Shown here one piece after another: positions 57,762-61,521 of a stretch of 61,521 nucleotides of DNA. Under the pieces are notes generated by a model. It made no database searches, was not told where the DNA came from, and worked only from the letters and a program-made list of their open reading frames with translations. Both the position numbers and the translations under genes were made by a program. Numbering within the stretch: position 1 is the stretch's first letter; every line of letters starts with the position of its first letter. The DNA is from a virus (taxonomy: Duplodnaviria > Caudoviricetes), in IMG/VR virus record IMGVR_UViG_3300034096_000310, positions 1-61,521 of that record; one strand, 5' to 3'.

Positions 57762-58024
57762 GAAAGCACACCAAGGTATACGTAGATTATTTCGGTTGGG
57801 CGGACTTCTATCCCTGTGAGGTCTGTGGGGCTAAGGCGGTGGACATCCATCACATCGAAGCTCGGGGGATGGGTGGTAGTAAAAAGTCTGACCACATCGA
57901 GAACCTAATGGCTCTTTGCAGATCCTGCCATCTGGAGTACGGCGACAAGCGCCAGCACATAGAATTCCTTAAAACACGGCACCAGCATAATGTTGATAAT
58001 CATGTTGGTAAAAACTATCTATAA
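57758..58024 (+). CDS. HNH endonuclease
   Basis: CEVC, DIHHI, NLMALCRSCH. Confidence 0.85.
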   Translation: MRKHTKVYVDYFGWADFYPCEVCGAKAVDIHHIEARGMGGSKKSDHIENLMALCRSCHLEYGDKRQHIEFLKTRHQHNVDNHVGKNYL

Positions 58025-58051
58025 TAGATAGTTCTTATCTAAATTAGTAGT

Positions 58052-58633
58052 ATGCAGCCGATCTATAAGATTTTCGTAAGCATAGAAAAGCGTTTCCAAG
58101 ACGAGATCGTTACCGACGGTGGGTTGAAGTTGTACTATGATCACACTTACAAACCGGAGGATAACTCAACGATTGTCGGTGTGGTGGAGGCCATCCCAGC
58201 CAAGCATGACCTAGCCAACTTCCCTGATGATTTTATATTCAATGTTCAGGTAGGAGACAGGCTTTATTTCCATTTCAATATCGTCCATGACATGTCTAAT
58301 ATGATTGAGGTGGATGGGAAGCAGTATTGGATGGTGGATTATTTTGACGCGATCGCGCTGGTGCGCGATTCTCAGATACACCCTGTCGGATCATACGTGT
58401 TGATTGAGCCACTAGAAGAAAAGATTGAAAGCTCCCTAATTATTCCCGAGATCGTTGAGCGTGAGGGTTGTCGTGGTAGAGTGGTGGCCAGCAACGAGCT
58501 GCCAGTGGGGGCAGAGGTGGAGTATGAGGAGGTGGGTAAGTTCTGGAATGTGATCGAGGGGCGAAGGCTGTACTGTATGTTTAACAGTAACATATTGTTT
58601 ACTTATGACCAAGAAAGAAATAAAGAGCATTAG
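58052..58633 (+). CDS. GroES/Cpn10-like protein (tandem domains)
   Basis: TDGGL, GVVEAI, VQVGDR; then PVGSYVLIEP..SLIIP..GRVVA. Confidence 0.75.
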   Translation: MQPIYKIFVSIEKRFQDEIVTDGGLKLYYDHTYKPEDNSTIVGVVEAIPAKHDLANFPDDFIFNVQVGDRLYFHFNIVHDMSNMIEVDGKQYWMVDYFDAIALVRDSQIHPVGSYVLIEPLEEKIESSLIIPEIVEREGCRGRVVASNELPVGAEVEYEEVGKFWNVIEGRRLYCMFNSNILFTYDQERNKEH

Positions 58634-58991
58634 AGAAATCGCGAACCGTTTGCCAGTCGTATATGAGCAGACGGTTTCTGGTTTTTATATGGAGGAAGGC
58701 AAGTACTTGCCCAACATCGTCAACCATCCTGTCAATCATGAGCGCCGTCTTAGGAAAGCTTACGAGAGACTGGGGATGGATGGAGTGAGGGGTTATCTAG
58801 ACATGATCATTAAACTTCAAAAACAAAGACATGAGAATTTCGTCAACGACGGAAGTGGGAATAGTGGAGGGCAGACTAATGAAGCTGAAGCTGTGGATAC
58901 TGCGGTTTCAGATCAAGAGGAAGATATACTCAGTATCGATAGCGTTCAGCCGGGAAAAGAAGATTCAGGAATTGGAGGGGGAGATAAATAA
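58605..58991 (+). CDS. Hypothetical protein
   Basis: VNHERRL..AY motif; coupled ORF. Confidence 0.55.
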   Translation: MTKKEIKSIREIANRLPVVYEQTVSGFYMEEGKYLPNIVNHPVNHERRLRKAYERLGMDGVRGYLDMIIKLQKQRHENFVNDGSGNSGGQTNEAEAVDTAVSDQEEDILSIDSVQPGKEDSGIGGGDK

Positions 58992-59003
58992 GAATTATGA
59001 AGA

Positions 59004-59501
59004 GTGCTAGACTGTGAAACACCACTAGGCCGCTTCTTTATCGAGGAGCAGTACCGAGTCCAGAATGTATTAACTGGGAGGGGTTACACCGTCATCAACA
59101 CTAGTGGAGCTGATAATAACACAGACGTTATTCTAGCAAAGGAGATTGAAGGTAGGTTGACTATTACTGGGCTGGCGGAGATCAAGTGTAGGAAGAGTGC
59201 GGGTGGTGTTCCGCTGACAAGAGAGTATTTAAAAGAGAACGGTGGGTATTTGATCACCTACTCTAAGTTGAAGTTCGGCGCACACGCAAGTTCTTTATAT
59301 AGTGTTCCATTCTTTGTGATTGTGTCTTTGATGGATGAGGGTGTGATACTGGTTTGGCAAATAACGGACACTAGAGGTAATTACGTGGAAAAGATTGACG
59401 TGAGGGAGACAGCGACCCGCAAGACAGTGAACGGTGGGGAGATAGTGAGAAAGAATGCTTTTCTGTCTATGGAGTCAAAATTCTTAACAGTCATTGAATA
59501 A
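59004..59501 (+). CDS. PD-(D/E)xK nuclease-like protein
   Basis: TD.....AEIKCR motif; GTG start. Confidence 0.6.
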   Translation: MLDCETPLGRFFIEEQYRVQNVLTGRGYTVINTSGADNNTDVILAKEIEGRLTITGLAEIKCRKSAGGVPLTREYLKENGGYLITYSKLKFGAHASSLYSVPFFVIVSLMDEGVILVWQITDTRGNYVEKIDVRETATRKTVNGGEIVRKNAFLSMESKFLTVIE

Positions 59502-59958
59502 AGGAGCAGCAGCTGAGGTTTTGTTTGACTACCACATCATCGAGCGTGGTATGATGACGGCCCGACCGATATACGATTCTGGGTACGATAGGATTGTGGA
59601 TAGTAAGGGTAAGCTCACCCGGGTCCAGATCAAGATGACGACGTGTAAACAGTATGGGTCGTGGATAGTTTCGACTAGCGGTTCAGGGGGTAGGAGGTAT
59701 AAAGATGAGTTCGATGTGTTGGCGGTGTATCTCAAACAGGCTTGCGTGTGGATGTTGATCCCATTTGAGAAGATCACCTCTTCTAGAATGAAGATTAGCT
59801 TAGAGGGTAAGGCAAAAAAGTATATAAACAACTGGAGCATATTTTATGAAAAAGAAGATCGATCTGAAACTATACCAGTGCCGAGTGCACCTGATTGCAA
59901 CGGACGATCTAAGAAAAGAGTATGCTCGCCTGCACAAAAGGTACCGAGAGGAACCTGA
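59494..59958 (+). CDS. PD-(D/E)xK endonuclease (group I intron-associated type)
   Basis: KG..AE, YDRIVD, RVQIK, Y..EFDVLAVY, W.LIP. Confidence 0.75.
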   Translation: MNKGAAAEVLFDYHIIERGMMTARPIYDSGYDRIVDSKGKLTRVQIKMTTCKQYGSWIVSTSGSGGRRYKDEFDVLAVYLKQACVWMLIPFEKITSSRMKISLEGKAKKYINNWSIFYEKEDRSETIPVPSAPDCNGRSKKRVCSPAQKVPRGT

Positions 59959-60286
59959 TGAGGATGGCGGAATAGCAGAGGCGTGGTGTGTGCACTTTGA
60001 TATGATTGACTATTATGTGCTGGTTGACGTGAAGCACTTGACGGTAAACACGATCGCCCACGAGATCTATCACACGGTGTCTAGTTTACTAGGAAGTAGG
60101 GATATAAAGGACGAGGAATCCGGGGCTTGGCTCTGCGGAATGTTGATGGAGGAGGCCCTTAAGTTTTATAATAAATTCAAAGACAATGGCATTCACAGAC
60201 CGGTTCGTAAAGTTAAAGGTAATGCTGGAGGGCCCGGAGCGGACAGCACTGATAACTCACGTTTACATCAACCCGATGACAATTGA
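59846..60286 (+). CDS. Zincin-like metalloprotein
   Basis: TIAHEIYH...DEESGAW. Confidence 0.6.
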   Translation: MKKKIDLKLYQCRVHLIATDDLRKEYARLHKRYREEPDEDGGIAEAWCVHFDMIDYYVLVDVKHLTVNTIAHEIYHTVSSLLGSRDIKDEESGAWLCGMLMEEALKFYNKFKDNGIHRPVRKVKGNAGGPGADSTDNSRLHQPDDN

Positions 60287-60434
60287 CGCCTTCACCGACG
60301 AGATGGTGACCTATGACCTTGACTATGAGAAAGGTGTGGAGCAGAGTGCCGTCAGGGTATGGACCAAGCATGATATCCATCTAGTGATGATGGGCATCGG
60401 GGACTTTATGGATCTTCTCAATTCCCACTACTAA
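60186..60434 (+). CDS. Hypothetical protein
   Basis: YINP..I motif; ORF. Confidence 0.5.
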   Translation: MAFTDRFVKLKVMLEGPERTALITHVYINPMTIDAFTDEMVTYDLDYEKGVEQSAVRVWTKHDIHLVMMGIGDFMDLLNSHY

Positions 60435-60435
60435 T

Positions 60436-60482
60436 TCACCCCCTAAAATTAAGACTCTCTATTTTAGAGAGTTATAGCTTTG
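60436..60482 (+). promoter_or_regulatory. Putative promoter: TCACCCCCT box, palindromic operator and TAGCTTTG
   Basis: 46-nt spacing; operator at 60453-60473; exact TAnnTTTG. Confidence 0.7.
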
Positions 60483-60489
60483 CCACGGC

Positions 60490-61458
60490 ATGAAAGTGTT
60501 ATCCTACGTAAAGGGTATGGACGGATGTTCGTACCACCGGATATACCTGCCGAACCAGACAATCACCGAGAACAGGGTAGTATCACAGCTTTCCAAAGAG
60601 GATCTGCAGTGGTGCGATATCCTGCACTATTCTAGACATGTGTTCGAGGCGCCTGAGTTTTTGAGAGCTAAGGCTAAAGAGTACGGGTTTAAGATAGTGG
60701 TTGATACGGATGACTGGTGGGAGGTAGGAAAGGACCACCCGAAGTATCCAGTGTGGTCCAAGAGTGATGTGTCCCTACAGATCAGGAAGCACCTGATGGA
60801 GGCTGATGCGGTCACCACCACTCATGATAGGCTGGCGCAGATTGTGCCCAACGACAATGTATACGTCCTGCCCAACACCATTGCATATGGCGAAGGGCAG
60901 TTTAAGTATAAGGAGCAGAAGGACAGTGAGAGGGTTAGGCTTTTATATGCAAGCTCTTTGATGAACTACGCTAACACGGCGATCATCGCTGGGGCTATGA
61001 AAAAGCTAAAGCACCTACCCATCGAGGTTGTTCTGGTTGGCTACTCTGAGTCGACGCCGTTCTTTGACATTGTGGTTAAAAATCTTACAGCTAATGAGAT
61101 CCCCTACCGTACTGTGCCATGGACCTCTGTTGAGGACTACATGTCAAACTACGAGGGGGATATCGGAATACTTCCGAATAAGCCCACCATGTTTAACAGC
61201 ATGAAGAGCAACCTGAAGGTGTTGGAATACGCGGCTCTAAAGATCCCAGTAGTGGTGTCTATGAACGACCCGTATATGGGACTTCCTGTTGATTACTTCA
61301 ATGGCGAAAACGAGTTCGTGTTTCAGATCAACAGACTAGTTGCAAGTAAGGAGCTTAGAAAAAGAAGAGGGCAGGAGTTGTATGACTTCTGCTTTGAGAA
61401 TTACAACATGAATACTTGGGCAGATAAAAGGTTAAAGGTTTATGAAGAAATCATTTAA
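60490..61458 (+). CDS. Glycosyltransferase, GT-B/GT4-like
   Basis: GCSYHR, VVDTDDWW, ADAVTTT, VLPN, DIGI.P...FN.MKSNLKVLEYAA; ORF 44-313 is its duplicated 3' end. Confidence 0.85.
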   Translation: MKVLSYVKGMDGCSYHRIYLPNQTITENRVVSQLSKEDLQWCDILHYSRHVFEAPEFLRAKAKEYGFKIVVDTDDWWEVGKDHPKYPVWSKSDVSLQIRKHLMEADAVTTTHDRLAQIVPNDNVYVLPNTIAYGEGQFKYKEQKDSERVRLLYASSLMNYANTAIIAGAMKKLKHLPIEVVLVGYSESTPFFDIVVKNLTANEIPYRTVPWTSVEDYMSNYEGDIGILPNKPTMFNSMKSNLKVLEYAALKIPVVVSMNDPYMGLPVDYFNGENEFVFQINRLVASKELRKRRGQELYDFCFENYNMNTWADKRLKVYEEII

Positions 61459-61521
61459 TGTGGTAATCGCCACAGCGGGTAGAAATACCCTGCAAAGAAT
61501 GGTGGACTCTATTGCGCCTCA
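61146..61521. repeat. Terminal direct repeat, right copy
   Basis: Matches 1-376. Confidence 0.95.

Overview
The window is an essentially complete ~61.1 kb circularly closed dsDNA phage genome: positions 1-376 repeat at 61146-61521 with 2 mismatches. The host is most likely a Bacteroidota bacterium, since the promoters follow TTTG-N19-21-TAnnTTTG. It is podovirus-like with a crAss-related virion module. The + strand (57.4 kb through the join to 37.9 kb) carries small basic proteins, nucleases, a GroES-like protein, three glycosyltransferases, terminase, portal, capsid, a modular tail fibre, lysis genes, tail ring/stabilisation proteins, ejected proteins including a 2844-aa polyvalent protein, and two muralytic enzymes. 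The - strand (56.7 to 38.0 kb) carries early small genes, a tyrosine integrase, Sak/YqaJ recombination, primase-helicase, a resolvase and a dNMP kinase. I could recognise no DNA or RNA polymerase. The most unusual part is the early - strand operon (56.2 to 51.2 kb). A consensus host promoter is followed by a ~520-nt highly structured non-coding RNA, then a type III hammerhead ribozyme just upstream of the first gene, then small genes separated by seven mini-tRNA-like elements (stem + GG linker + T-loop arm, 12-13 nt geometry). This suggests an RNA-punctuation/processing system. Also present are two more structured leaders, an anticodon-less tRNA, a fixed-spacing TCACCCCCT promoter box and a 21-bp palindromic operator. 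All protein calls come from motif recognition by eye, not database searches.
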